64,000 nucleotides of DNA from the NCBI RefSeq assembly GCF_006345805.1, contig NC_042999.1, positions 73,780,001-73,844,000 of the forward strand, given 5' to 3'. The notes beneath the pieces are model-generated. The model had not been told where the DNA came from and ran no database searches. It saw only the letters and a program-made list of their open reading frames with translations. The position numbers were made by a program, and so were the translations under genes. This DNA comes from Octopus sinensis. Taxonomy: Eukaryota. Positions 13,405 to 26,045 of the stretch are shown here, piece by piece. Within the stretch, counting starts at the first letter, position 1; each line of letters begins with the position of its first letter.

Positions 13405-14163
13405 TATGATAATAAGACCACTCCACCAAATAGGAAAAGAATAAAAAGTAAATTGAAATGAAGAAAAACTAGTTAAAATCACTTAGATGCATGCATCCAC
13501 CCCTACACATATAACACAGACACACACATGCATATATATGTACATATAAGTATATATATGTACATAGATACATATATATATATATACATATTTATACATA
13601 GGTGTAAACATGTATATAAATACACATGTATACTCATATGCATACACACACACATAATTGTTTATTGGTGAATTAAATCATTCTTCATATCTAAAAGCTT
13701 TTTGCAGTTAACATTAGTCAGCTGCATTCATCTTCAATCTGAAATAACCTTTGAGCATGAGGAAATAATTCAGTTTACCAACAGACAGACTCCATACACT
13801 TCTAACACAGGTGTGTATTGAGCACTTTCTACCTTTACATGAAAATACAAATATTTTTTGTGCATCCCCACCCCCACGCATATTTTGTTGTTATCATTAT
13901 TACTATTATTAATAATCAGCAGAAGTTAGACTGACTCAAAGGTCGAGAGATTTGTGCATTGGCACCCACAAAATTGGTTTCAAATTACAGCTTTTACATT
14001 TATATACACTGGTTAAAATGATAATTACTGGTAATTATCAGCATAAGTGGTCTATATACATGTAGTCCTCATAAATTAATACCAGTTTGATAAGTTCCAA
14101 CACACAAAATTCTTGGCCATTGAGTTACTCAGTAACTTCTGCTGATTAATTATACATACATAC

Positions 14164-14200
<37 letters not shown>

Positions 14201-14256
14201 CATACACACACACAATACATGCAGACATGGTTGTTTGTAAACACAAATACTCATCA

Positions 14257-14295
<39 letters not shown>

Positions 14296-14475
14296 AATCC
14301 TATTTCTTTAGTAGATGAATCTTGTATTTTCTCAATGTTTAAAAAATAGACTTATACCAGTAGTAGATATGTGGAGTGAAAATTAGCTAGTGTGCTGTCT
14401 GAAGTGACACCATTGTCTCCCGTCCCAATTGTTTTATCATTCATACTTTTTTTTTCTCTACAATAACTGCTGAAA
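11660..14475 (-). other. Putative long 3'UTR of PDCD10
   Basis: The stretch after the stop lacks recognisable SINE or LINE copies and carries only microsatellites. Minus-strand AATAAA candidates at 13661-13666, 12404-12409 and 11663-11668. The true end is unknown. Confidence 0.4.
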
Positions 14476-14557
14476 TCAATAAACTGCTTTCACAGCTTTC
14501 ATGATCAAATTTGTTTGGTCCACAAGATAAGCAGCACTCAAAAATACATCTCGTTTT
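14476..14557 (-). CDS. PDCD10: PDCD10/CCM3 terminal coding exon 7 (EKRDVFLSAAYLVDQTNLIMKAVKAVY*)
   Basis: tttctttcttttccag acceptor, 82 nt ending in TGA. Matches human NVFVSANRLIHQTNLIL. Spliced total 72+54+127+127+85+83+82 = 630 nt = 209 aa plus stop. Confidence 0.96.
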
Positions 14558-16519
14558 CTGGAAAAGAAAGAAATTAGCATAAGTTTAGTAACTGTTGAAA
14601 TTGATACATCATAACTATAAATATTTTTATATACTATATAAAAAATGCATGGGCATATTAAACACACCCCAATTCCAGCATTGCATATTCAGGAAAATAT
14701 TTTTGAAGTAAATTAAAGCTTATGGGAGGCCCAAATTCACATATAAGACTAGTTGCTTCTTATATGCCATCAAAAATGCAATTTTTTTCTTATATGCATT
14801 TCTGAATGATAGCCTCAGTGGACATGTGTGCTCAAAGGCAGATACAATTGGCCAATCAATGGATCACTGCATTTACTATCACTTATTTAAATGTGAAACA
14901 AATGTGGCAATTTGAACACTATCCAAATGCCTTGAGAATGGTAGTTATTAATCATTGATACTGTTTTCAAGAAAATCTCAAATGTCTTTTGAATATTAGA
15001 GGTATCTGCTGAGAGTTGTATTCTCCAAACTGCTCATAAGTATCAAATAGATTTTCTTTGAGACAACCAACCATAGTTATATTCTAATGCATAGATTGAC
15101 TTTGATTCAGATGATTACAATACTGGACAGCAAGGATATGTTCTTTAATTTTATTACCATTTTACAACTCATCTACTCTGATAGATCATTTCACATCAAC
15201 TCTGTGATTGGCGCAATCATTAAAATCTATTCTTTTCTATCAACAGTTCTAGGACATAAACTGGATGGCATTATATATTCAGATGAAATAGTTGAAATAG
15301 CCTTAATAAACAACTGGCACCCATGTGAGATTCACGAAATACAAAATAAACAGAGTATCAGTGTCACTCATTTGGGAAGGACACACACACATCCAAAATG
15401 TAAAATGAGGCCATGTGACTGAAATAGTACTCCTCCAAAATCATTTTACAAATTACATAATGTAGGCTGGGAGTAGTTGTAGCATTACCATAGCAATGTT
15501 GCTAGGAATAAGAAGCATGAACTGTTTTTACAAACTTGAGGTATTTATGATGGCAACATGTCATCAGTTTGACAGTAAAAAGCAGCATAAATTATTGCAA
15601 TCATCTGACATTACAAGTTAACTCTGAGACAATAAATAGCCCAACATGCTGTCAGCATGAGAGTCCATGTTGTCCAATCCAAAGTGCCTGCACAATATTG
15701 ATTATCTTCAACATAAACACTGTTATGTGCCAGCTTGCCTGGAATTATGAAGAGCTAATTTATGTATATTTATGTATCATTAATGCTACCTGGGCAATAC
15801 TCATTCTATGCTTGCTACTAACTCCTTTGACAGAGTAAAGATTTAGTTACCAGGTGATATGCTGGTTACAAGGCATGCAGGCAAAAGAAATGAGACTTGC
15901 CAGGTAATGTGCTAACTTGCTGGACAACACGGGGCGACAAGACATGAAGGTAATAATGTACAGGCAATGGAACATGCCAGGTGATGAGCTGATAACAAGA
16001 AATGTTGAAAAATATGCAGACAAGACATGCTAAGCAATGAGGTGGGTTGTAACTCAGTTGCAATATTTGGCCATATAGATGTATTTTTGATCTATGTACA
16101 AGTTCAATGAGAATATTGATAGCAATATCTACTATAATAATACTCTTGTGTTTTTCTTCGTCACAACATATGAATGAGAAAGGAAGAGGTGATGGCAAAT
16201 TGGTAGTGGGATGGCGATCATACAATGCTGAAAAGAAAAATCAAACAGTGTTTCTACTCTGTGCGAGTATATGTGTGTGTATGTGCAATGGCAGTGAGAT
16301 GGTGAACATTCAACATGGAAAAGAAAAATCAAACAGCATTTCAACTGTGAGTATATGTGTGTGTTTGTACAAAGGAAGTATGTGAATGTCTGTATGTGTG
16401 CACTAGCATTCTTTCAGTAACAAATACTACAATTAGCTGTCACTTTTGACAGCATGGTGGGGTGGGGTGGGGGGCTAGTGCATATATAAACACAACTACA
16501 TTCTATTTTAAAATTCTTA

Positions 16520-17045
16520 TTGTTGCCATCATCATACATCACTTATCATACTGGCATAGTTTCTGTGACAGGACCCCTACCTAATTCCAATCACTTTACA
16601 GAGTGTGCTGGGTGCAGTCTGATTTATATGGTTTTCTATGGCTGGATTTCCTTCCTAATGTCAACCACTTTACAGAGTGTGCTGATTGCTTTCATGTGAT
16701 GCCACATGGGTGCTTTTACATGACACTGCATGGGCACTTTTATGTGGCATCACCATGAGTGCTTTTCTCCACCAGTGGACAAGAGGGACAGGTCTTACCA
16801 CATCTGCTGAGGAGTACGGGTCTACATGAGTACAGCAAGGCACCAGGCATCTCGACCCTTTGTCATCAAAACTGAAAGGTTCAGCATCCTGTGGTCGTTC
16901 TTCAGTACTTCATCTCATGTCTTCCCAAGTCTCCCACTTCCAAGTGTTCCATCTACTCTGAGAGATAGGCACTTCTTTATAGAACTGTTGGCATCCATCT
17001 GGATCACATGACCAAACTAGCACAGTCTCTCTTGCACACAGCAAC
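16520..17045 (-). mobile_element. RTE 3' coding remnant plus RTE-tail module
   Basis: ggatttccttcctaatgtcaaccactttacagagtgtgctg module with an internal duplication, next to cacatgaccaaactagcacagtctctcttgcaca (RTE C-terminal region). Confidence 0.6.
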
Positions 17046-17084
17046 TAATTCCTGTTATGTCTAGTTACTGTGTAATAACAATAA

Positions 17085-18874
17085 CAGTAATTCTTTCTAA
17101 TTTTGGCACAAAGGTGGCAATTCTGAGGGGAGGGAAAAGTTGATTACATCAACCACGGTACTTGACTGGTACTTATTTTATCAACCCAAAAAGGATGAAA
17201 GTCCAAGTCAACCTCAGCAGTATTTGCACTTAAAACATAAAGAGCCAGAAGAAATGTCACCAAGCATTTTTGCCCAGCATTGTAACGCCGGTGCTTCATT
17301 CATTATCCTCAAGTTAGGGACTTTTTGAGTAGGATGGGCCACTCAATCTGAAGAAAATTCTGTGCCCCAACTGCAAGGTCATGCACATATGATTGTGAAA
17401 CAATGTGCCTAGTGTATGTACCTTTATCAGATGAGTAATCATGACAGGTATATTGAGCTTCATATATTTGTACCCCAATGTCAGTTTGATGGCATGCATT
17501 GCTCTCTTACATAATAATAATAATAATTATAATTCAATTGTTATTGGAACCTTAGGATCGAGGGGGAAGAGGCTCAAAGAGAGGCCAAGGGGTGAGATAC
17601 AGAAAACTTTGAAGTAAGTAAATTTATAACAATAATAATAATCCTTTCTAACATAGGCACAAGGCCTAAAAATTTGGAATCAGAAGTTAGTCAATTACAT
17701 TAACTTCAGTGCTTGACTGGTACTTATTTCATTGACCCTGAAAGAACGAAAAGCAAAGATGACCTCAGCAGAATTTGAACTGAGATTAGAAAGTTGGAAG
17801 AAATGCTTTTAAGCATTTTGTCTGGTGCAGTAATGATTTTGCCAGTTTGTCAATAATTTTTGATTTAGGAATAATTTTGAGTAATTTTGAGTAATTTTGA
17901 GGAGATAAGCTAATGCCACAGATCCTAAAATTTGACAAATACTTTATTTTTATCAACCCTGAAAGGATGAAAGGCAAAGTAGACCTCAAAAGGACTTGAG
18001 ATCAGAATGTAAAAAGTTGGAACAAATACTGATAAAAATTTCTTTCAATGCTCCAATGATTCTGTGAGTTTTGGGGAGAAGGAAAGTGGATTACATCAGT
18101 TCCAGTACTTGAGTGCTATTCATTTTATTGACCTCAGTAGGATTAAAGGAAAAGTCAAACCTGGCAGGATTTGAACTCAGAATGTAAAAAGCCATAACTA
18201 AATACTACTAGGCATTTTGTGTTAATGATTCTAATCCCTGGCAAGATAAAAGAAATAGAGGACATTAACCTTGGGGAGAGTAAAAGGTTAAAAGGGGTCA
18301 GCTATTGTGGTCAAGAAGGGTGTGAAAGTGGCAAGGAAGGGGACAATAGAAAGGGTTGACAGAATTTCACAGAGGGAGATGGTAGGACAAAATTAAAACA
18401 GAAATAAAAATAGAACAAAAAATTTTTTAATAAAATAAAAAAGAGAACTAAAAAAAAATCAATAATCAGTGGGCAACTATAAATAATAATGAAGAGTCTA
18501 AAATATAAAGTCATGCCATACATTGTGGTATGAATAGTTTTGAAGGTCACATGGTGAGTGTTCAAATTGAGCAGAGCAGTCAGTGCAAGTAGGTCAAGGA
18601 GAGAGAGAGAGAGAGAGAGAGAGAGCAAAAGTGGATATATGTTCCTATTGAGAAAAAAGAATGATGTTAAATTTGTGAATTAGTGATTTGATACATTTAC
18701 AAATTGGTGAAACTGCTGAATATATACACAGAGCAATGAAATTAATTAATGAAATAGAAAAATTAATGAAAACTAAGGGCTCTAAAGAGGGACCCAAATT
18801 AGTAAGTTTAGGCAGGTTTGAGTGTAATAATAAAGTTAAGTGTTAATAGAACAAACATATGTGGAGTAGGTGTA

Positions 18875-18909
<35 letters not shown>

Positions 18910-19795
18910 CCTTTCTACTATAGGCACAAGGCCTGAAATTTTGTGGGAGGGGTATAGTTGATTACACCAACCCCAGTTTCACTTGGTACATATTCCATCG
19001 ATCCTGAAAGGATGAAAGGCCAATTCAAACTTGGAGAATTTAAACTCAGATCATAAAGAGGGGCTAAATGCTGCTAAGCATTTTCTCTGGTGTGCTAATG
19101 ATTCTGCCAGCAATTTTGAGTGGTTTGATAGATTAAATCACCTCCAGCACTTGATAGGTACTTTATTTTATTGACTCCAGAAGAATGAAAGGTAAAGTTT
19201 ATCATGGTAGTGTTTGAACTCAGAATATAATGAGCTGGAATATGCACCATAAAGCATTTTGTATACTACTACTACTACTACTACAACAACAACAACAACG
19301 TTTGTTTGTTCCTTCTCGAGCCATGCCTGGCTCATAAGGGCCAGTTTCCCGGTTTCCTTGGCGTATAGGTTCTCTACCTGGACGGGATACTGGTCCATCG
19401 CAGGTGAGCTGCAAGATGCTGGAGGAAAGAGTGAGAGAAAGTTGTGGCAAAAGAGTCAGCAGAAGTTTGCTTCTGTCATAGCCACGTGGTGCTTCGCTCA
19501 TAAACACACACATCACCCAGTCTGGGATTCGAACCCACAATCCCTCAACCGCAAGTCTGCTGTTCTAACCACTAGACCATGTGCCTCCACAATAATAATA
19601 ACTCTTTCTGATTTAGACATAATGCCACCAATTTTAAAGGAAGAAAGTTAATTGATACCGCTAACCTCAATACTTGTCTGCTACTTTAATTTGACCCCAA
19701 AGGAATGACAGGCAAAGTTGACTGTGACCAGGTTTGAACTCAGATTGTAAACATCTGGAAGAAATACTGTAAACCATTTTGTTCAACACTTTAAG
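17085..19795 (-). mobile_element. Cluster of at least 7 same-orientation CORE/MIR-like SINE copies
   Basis: Repeated gaccc.gaaaggatgaaaggcaaagt.gacctc...gaatttgaactcag at about 17085, 17640, 17930, 18070, 18905, 19115 and 19615. Confidence 0.8.
19263..19590 (-). mobile_element. Young tRNA-derived SINE with (TTG)n(TAG)n tail, nested next to a CORE-like SINE
   Basis: A-box TGGTCTAGTGG, B-box GGGTTCGAATCCC, central cacctgcgatggaccagtatcccgtccagg domain, CpGs retained. Confidence 0.9.
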
Positions 19796-21454
19796 CTAAT
19801 TCTCATCATTTCTAAAAATTATATTGTTATTAGTAATAGTTTTTAGAAATTCCCTAATACATTCTATTAAGTTTCAAAAAAACCTTTCTCTCAGTAAGTA
19901 AATATTCATTGATGAAATAGCCAAGTGGTGAAGATATGCACTCTGTTCAAGGCCTCTGGTTTCAAGTAATTTTATTTTTATAAGTTCATGACACTTTCGC
20001 AGATGGGAAAGGAGAGGTGGAAAATATATCTATGTCTGGAAAGTGATGCAATGTAGAGGGAACATCTTGGTACTAAAAGTCTGTCCATCTAATGTTGACA
20101 CAATAAAAAGTACAGGTGTAGAATCATTTGCACCATCAGGTATAGTTAAGATGCTAAATAAATATTTGGTGAAGTAACACTAGTTATTTACACAGCTTCT
20201 GTTACTTAAGTGACTAAATTAGTAATACAGAGTAGGTACTCCAAAAGTATAGTACAGAGTGAGAATTAGCTGGACAAAAGTTCAAGTGGCGATTATCTCT
20301 GCTGGTAATAGCCTCTGGGCACTGAATGTAAAGGACGTGCGATGGATTTGTAATGTCAGTATCCATGAATGATGGAGCAAAAATGAGCTGAGAGAAAGGA
20401 AAATTGGGTATAAAAGAAATCAGAGGCAGTGTTCAAGAGATAACAAAACCTCATTGGTATGAGCATGTTATGCTTATGGATGATGACAAATAAAGAAGGC
20501 CAAACAGTCCAAGTAGAAGAAGCCCATAGAGAGGAAGACTGAAGGCATAGTAAGATGTGATGAAAACTAATCTCAAGAGGCTTGCTCTTACAAAAGACAT
20601 GACTAGGGATAACATCAAGTAGCAAATGCTAGACCAAAGAACTATTCCACACATGCAAGCATAGAAAAATGGTAACAGTGATAGTCATGATGATGATGAT
20701 GACAATGACTGTAATGCATACCGTTTCATGTTAGCTTTCCGTACTATCATGGGTTGGACATGTTGGATGGTCACATCTTGTTTGTACATTTAGTTTTGGC
20801 ATATTATCTATGGTTGGATGCTGTTCCTAACACTAACCACTCTACAGAGTGTACCATTGCATTTTATCAGGGCATCATCACAATTCCATAATTTCAACAA
20901 GATCAAAGTAAAGGATCCTTGTGATCCTATGTTGTCTTATTTGCTCACCACTTTAATGATTATACTAGGTGCATTTTTTTTTTCATGGAATCAATACTAG
21001 TGAGGCTGCCTTGTAAAAAGCAAGATGAATGTGTACTCACAACTCTGCAGTGTGTCCATTTCCTCGGGACATGATGAATAGAGTTTAAAGAGGCAAGAGT
21101 AAGGAAGAGGAAGGATAGACACTACTAGATAAGTAATGGAAGAAAGACAGCAATGACAAAGTGAATTTAAAATGGAGAGAAACAACAGATACACTAATGG
21201 CAACTACATGTTTGCTAGTAAGAGAGAGAGTTATAGGTATGGTCAGTAGTAAGAGAGTAACAGAAGAGAATAACAAGAAAAATAGGGGAGAGGGAGCAGT
21301 ATAGGAGCATAATGTTAGCTGGTAAATAAAAGAGCACGAGTGATGACCAGTTATGGAGATGGATAATGGTATGTGAGAGCATGCAAAATGCCAATAAAAG
21401 GTGACCTAGGGAAGAAGAGGGAGTGACAGCTAGGAACACACACACCAAGATTGT

Positions 21455-21670
21455 TATGGTGTGATTTGCAAGTTTCTCTTTTGGCCTCTGCTACAGAGAT
21501 TCATAAAGATTCAAACATTTTTGAACTCTTGATGGAAGCTTCTTTCCATGCAAACCTCTTTTGAGCAAGATCTTTCCATGCAAACCTCTTTTGAGCAAGA
21601 TCTTTCCATGCATTTGGAGTGATTTTGCAGTCTTTCAAGATTGCTTTCAGTGCATCTTTGAACATTTTAT
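21455..21670 (-). pseudogene. RTE/BovB-like LINE C-terminal fragment with a perfect 30-bp tandem duplication
   Basis: FKDALKAILKDCKITPNAWKDLAQKRFAW. The unit tctttccatgcaaacctcttttgagcaaga is repeated at 21541-21612. Confidence 0.75.
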
Positions 21671-21679
21671 CCCTCTCTC

Positions 21680-22078
21680 TCATCATCATCGTTTAACGTC
21701 CGCTTTCCATGCTGGCATGGGTTTGGACGGTTTTACTGAGGACTGGTGAGCCAGATTGCAGCACCAGGCTCCAATCTGATCTGGTAGAGTTTCTACAGCT
21801 GGATGCCCTTCCTAATGCCAACCACTCTGAGAATGCAGTAGGTGCTTTTACATGCCTTCAGCATGAGGGCCAGTCAGGTGGTACTGGCAACGGCCACGCT
21901 CAAATGGTGTTTTTTACGTGCCACCTGCACAGGAACCAGTCCAGTGGCACTGGCAGTGACCTCGCTTGAATGTTTTTCATGTGCCATTGGCACAAGTACC
22001 ACCAGTAAGGCAATGCTGGTAATGATCATGCTTGAATGATGCTTTTTACGTGCCACCGGCATGGGAGCCAGTCAGCGG
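21680..22078 (-). mobile_element. RTE-tail SINE-like module with (GAT)n tail
   Basis: Plus strand reads catcatcatcgtttaacgtccgctttccatgctggcatggg...ctacagctggatgcccttcctaatgccaaccactc. Confidence 0.85.
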
Positions 22079-22129
22079 CCCTTCCTACTTATTAGGACTT
22101 TGGAATTAGCTAGGTTGACTCTAAGGCAT

Positions 22130-22500
22130 CTCAATTCTAATCCTTGCTCCACACCTGAAACTTCTCTAGTTCTGATAGTGACTCAGCAATTAGAGCAAGG
22201 TCATCAGCATAGAGAAGCTCCCAGGGGCACTCTGTCTTGAATTCCTCTGTTATTGCCTGGAGGTCTATGAAAAATAGGAGGGAGTTAAGGACTGAACCTT
22301 GCTGGACCCCTACCTCTACCTGCAATTCTTCATTGTACTTGTTGCCAACCCTCACCTTACTGACAGCGTCCCTGCACATGGCTTGCACAGTCTCACTAAC
22401 CATACATCTATCTCTAGTTTCCTCATTGATCACCAGATAAGGAATCGGGGGACCCTGTCAAAGGCTTTCTCCATGTCAACAAAAGCCAGGTACAGAGGTT
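22130..22500 (-). pseudogene. RTE LINE reverse-transcriptase fragment
   Basis: LYLAFVDMEKAFDRVPR, then after a frameshift VGVQQGSVLNSLLF...WELLYADDLALIAES. Confidence 0.9.
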
Positions 22501-22501
22501 C

Positions 22502-22541
<40 letters not shown>

Positions 22542-22951
22542 CTCCTTCCTTCTTATGATCTATATTCTTGTAATATCAGTTTTAAAGATATGAATACCAT
22601 AATCAAACCTGATATCAATTGTTTTGTCCATTTATACTTTTATCATTTAATGCTTTTACATGCTCAATTGATAAACTGTCAATAGCCAATTATGTAGTTA
22701 TAACATCTTTGCTTTTAGTTGCAGTTCAAGTTGGAATTTTAGGCTTCTAGTCAACCTTGAGGACTAATTGTATATACCTATTACTGTATCTCACCAGAAA
22801 GATATTACTTGAATTCTGCTCTATGTACATATATGTGTAAAGTCACCATCATCTTTTAATGTCCATCTTCCATCTGACATGTTTGGCTCACTGACAAAAC
22901 TTTAAATTAAAGAAATAACAATTTAAGCAAATATTTAAAAAATAGACTTAC

Positions 22952-23034
22952 TCATTTTCCTTAAAGTAATCTTTTAAAGTTGTGCTGAAGCGTTTAGAAT
23001 ATTTGATAAATTCTTTCTTCCGATGTGCAAGAGT
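22952..23034 (-). CDS. PDCD10: PDCD10/CCM3 coding exon 6 (TLAHRKKEFIKYSKRFSTTLKDYFKEN+GA)
   Basis: tatatcttggcag acceptor and GA|gtaagt donor, 83 nt, phase 0/2. Matches human [27 protein letters not shown]. Confidence 0.97.
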
Positions 23035-23683
23035 CTGCCAAGATATATAAACATTTATTAATACTGTATTTTATAAAATAAAAATTAAATTTGATTGAAG
23101 GAGTGAGGCATAATTTATATAACAAAGAGTAAACATTCATTCTCTCTCCCATTTTTTTCTCTCCCCATCTGAGAGACTGATGTCATTGAGGCATATTTTC
23201 TATAGGTGGATGCCCTTCCTGTTACCAATCCTCATCTGTTTCCAAGAAAGGTAATAGTTCCCCAGCACTAGACATGTTTTTAAGGAAGATTGGTAATGAA
23301 CAACACTGGTCGTATGATAAAGATGCTCATTTACAACCATCACGACATAAAGATTGCCTTTTGGTAATAACACTGCTTCTGTCGCTATCAGTTATAAATA
23401 TATAAATATGTGTCTGTGTGTGAAAGTTTATATTTATATGTTTAATGTTACTTCATTTAAATGAAATATTGTAATAAGTTATATGTTGAAAGAGCTCATA
23501 ATGAATAAGATCACATTTAAAGAATTTGGACTATCAGCTGAAAAAAGCTGGGAAGAAAAGATGAAAATACATTCAGATGGTGATAACTCATTATTATGTA
23601 GTTGTAAAGCTGAGGTTTGTTATTACATTGTGGATGCTATTATATATAGTGCAGCAATGTTGTTTATGTTAATATCTACACAC

Positions 23684-23768
23684 CTGTTTTCCATCTGGTC
23701 TCAGTACTTCATTGGCAGTAACTTGATTTACTGAATCCAACAACAGACGAATTGCATTAGCAATGTCT
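23684..23768 (-). CDS. PDCD10: PDCD10/CCM3 coding exon 5 (DIANAIRLLLDSVNQVTANEVLRPDGKQ)
   Basis: ttttttctcttttttccag acceptor and CAG|gtgtgt donor, 85 nt, phase 2/0. Matches human DIASAIKELLDTVNNV. Confidence 0.96.
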
Positions 23769-24234
23769 CTGGAAAAAAGAGAAAAAAGGTTGGAATATGA
23801 ATATATTTACTGAAAGATAAGGATATTACATGTCACTTCATGAATTGTAAAATATGGGGAAAAAATTGTTTGTAAGTATTTCAGTGTATGTGTCTAGTCT
23901 AGAACACTGCATTTATTCTGCAAGTTTTATAAAAATTTTGGATAAAAATCAGTGGTTCAAATATGGAATTCAGCTAGCAAACACTTGCTTACTGTTGATG
24001 TATCTAAAACATAGTAATACAATGAAAATAATTTTAATCATATGATACAAACTTCAAGAGGATCTACTGTTAGGCAAAAAAAAATGGTATGGGGCAGGTA
24101 TAGCACAAACTAGTAATACTTGCATCTGTAAGCTGTGTTCAAAAAAAATTTGGCATGTGCTCAAATATATGAAGAGCATGAAAGTGCCATATAACCAAGC
24201 AGTCCATACCTTCTAACTGTCATTGACTATGTTG

Positions 24235-24388
24235 TATTTTATTTACTCCAGAAGAATGAAAGGTAAAGTTTATCATGATAGTGTTTGAACTCAGAATATA
24301 ATGAGCTGGAATATGCACCATAAAGCATTTTGTATACTACTACTACAACAACAACAACGTTTGTTTGTTCCTTCTCAAGCCATGCCTG
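24235..24388 (-). repeat. Near-identical copy of the composite SINE junction at 19164-19329
   Basis: actccagaagaatgaaaggtaaagtttatcatg...gtatactactactacaacaacaacaacgtttgtttgttccttctc.agccatgcctg occurs at both places. Confidence 0.9.
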
Positions 24389-25640
24389 ACCAAGACACGC
24401 AACTCTCAAATAAAGTCTATGAAGCCATGAATAGGAAATGCTAGATAGAAGCCACTTGCTACAATAACCAATGACTGCAATAAAAAGAACTAACATAGGT
24501 TTTTTAAAGTTTGCAGTGATGCAGCTAGACTAATATACTTTAGATACATTACATGGAAACTAAATTTTTTGAGGTGTCTCAAGAATGGATTCAGTCATGT
24601 GACTCACTAGTTACTATATGGTTTTTCCACAGAAAAGATGGGTCAGGTTATATCCAATTTCATACAAAATCTTGTATTTATCTTTCAACATTAATATTGT
24701 ATAATTAGAATTTTAAGGAATACTGAGATCACCCTATATCTGAAAAATACTTTTTCTTAGGACATATATAATACATAAAGATATTAATAGATTTTGAAAT
24801 ATTAATGTTGTTGCAAGGAACATGCTTCCACAACCAATTTTGAGATGCCCTTTAGTATTAGCTTATATATTTACATAATATAAGCCCGTAAAAATTGTTC
24901 AAAACAGAATAAGCAGCACAAGCCATTGAAGAGAATTTCCTTGGTAACCTTAAGTATATAGATTGCTTACAACCACATTAAATTTCACATGGGTAATTTT
25001 TCCAATATTTATGGAAAGTAAATGTTTTAATAATTCTTTTGATTCATACTTTCTGTTAATTCTGCAAGGTTTATAGAAATTTTGAATAAAATCAAAGCTT
25101 TGAGAAGTGTTTATTTTTCTATGTTTTAGAAATTTGCGAGGTTATGGAGTTGTAAGGGGAAATAAGTCATGTAGCTTAAAGAGTTAAATACTTGTGAAAA
25201 CAGACAACCTAATTTATCAAAAATACATCTATTATATTAATACAATAGTACCTTATTTTCTATTGGCATTTTGAGTAATACTCTATAATCCTTTTGAAAA
25301 ATGCAACTTTTTACTCACAAAAAAGTTTACACTTTTATCACGGCAGATTTGAACTCAGCACGTAAACAACTGGAATAAATACTGCAAAGCATTTTTTCCA
25401 TTATTGTAATGATTCTGCTTGTTTTCTATCTAAAACAATAATCTATACATTAATTAATATAACAGTATCTTCCTAACTTTCAGATCATACTCCAGAAATT
25501 TTATTCGAAAAAAGAAACTTATAACTTAGAGAAAAGATGATGATGATGTTTAATGCCACTTCATTTAAATGAAATATTGCAATAAATTATAGATATAATA
25601 ACAAGTGAAAGGAAGTAAAAGAAAATATTTTTATATTAAT

Positions 25641-25900
25641 TACTGAGGTGGCATGTAAAAAGCACCATTCAAGCATGGTGATGCCAGTACCACCTGACTG
25701 GCCCTTGTGCCAGTGGCACGTAAAAAAGGACCCACTACACTCTCGGAGTGGTTGGCATTAGAAAGGGCAGCCAACTGTAGAAACTGCCAGATCAGATCGA
25801 AGCCTAGTGTAGCCTTCTGGCTTGCCAACCCTCAGTCAAACTGTTCAACCCATGCTAGCATAGAAAGCAGATATTAAACGACGATGATGATGATAATGAT
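25641..25900 (+). mobile_element. RTE-tail SINE-like module ending in (GAT)n next to the exon 4 donor
   Basis: cccactacactctcggagtggttggcattagaaagggcagcc...ttaaacgacgatgatgatgat. Confidence 0.85.
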
Positions 25901-25918
25901 TTTCAAAAAGTAACTTAC

Positions 25919-26045
25919 TTTATAGCTTCCAGGAATAGTTTCCTGTCATATATTTGGTCAGGAATTTTACTAAGGATCTTTTTCAAATCAATTGCTCTTT
26001 GATTAAATTCCTGGAATCTTGGTTCTGGACGGGTTATTTTGAACT
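25919..26045 (-). CDS. PDCD10: PDCD10/CCM3 coding exon 4 ([43 protein letters not shown])
   Basis: tttcttttcatag acceptor and AA|gtaagt donor, 127 nt, phase 1/2. Matches human [39 protein letters not shown]. Confidence 0.97.

Noticed and set aside
15087-16385. Several 70-120 aa ORFs in less AT-rich sequence of the last intron
   Set aside because: Stops in all frames at short range and no motifs. It may be an old TE, but none could be identified.
19520-19590. tRNA-like sequences here and at 47480-47554
   Set aside because: They are SINE heads: they continue into SINE bodies and tails and lack a complete acceptor stem.
19259-19651. 130-aa poly-Thr ORF and overlapping poly-Val/Cys ORFs
   Set aside because: Translations of the (TAC)n(AAC)n tail and body of a SINE.
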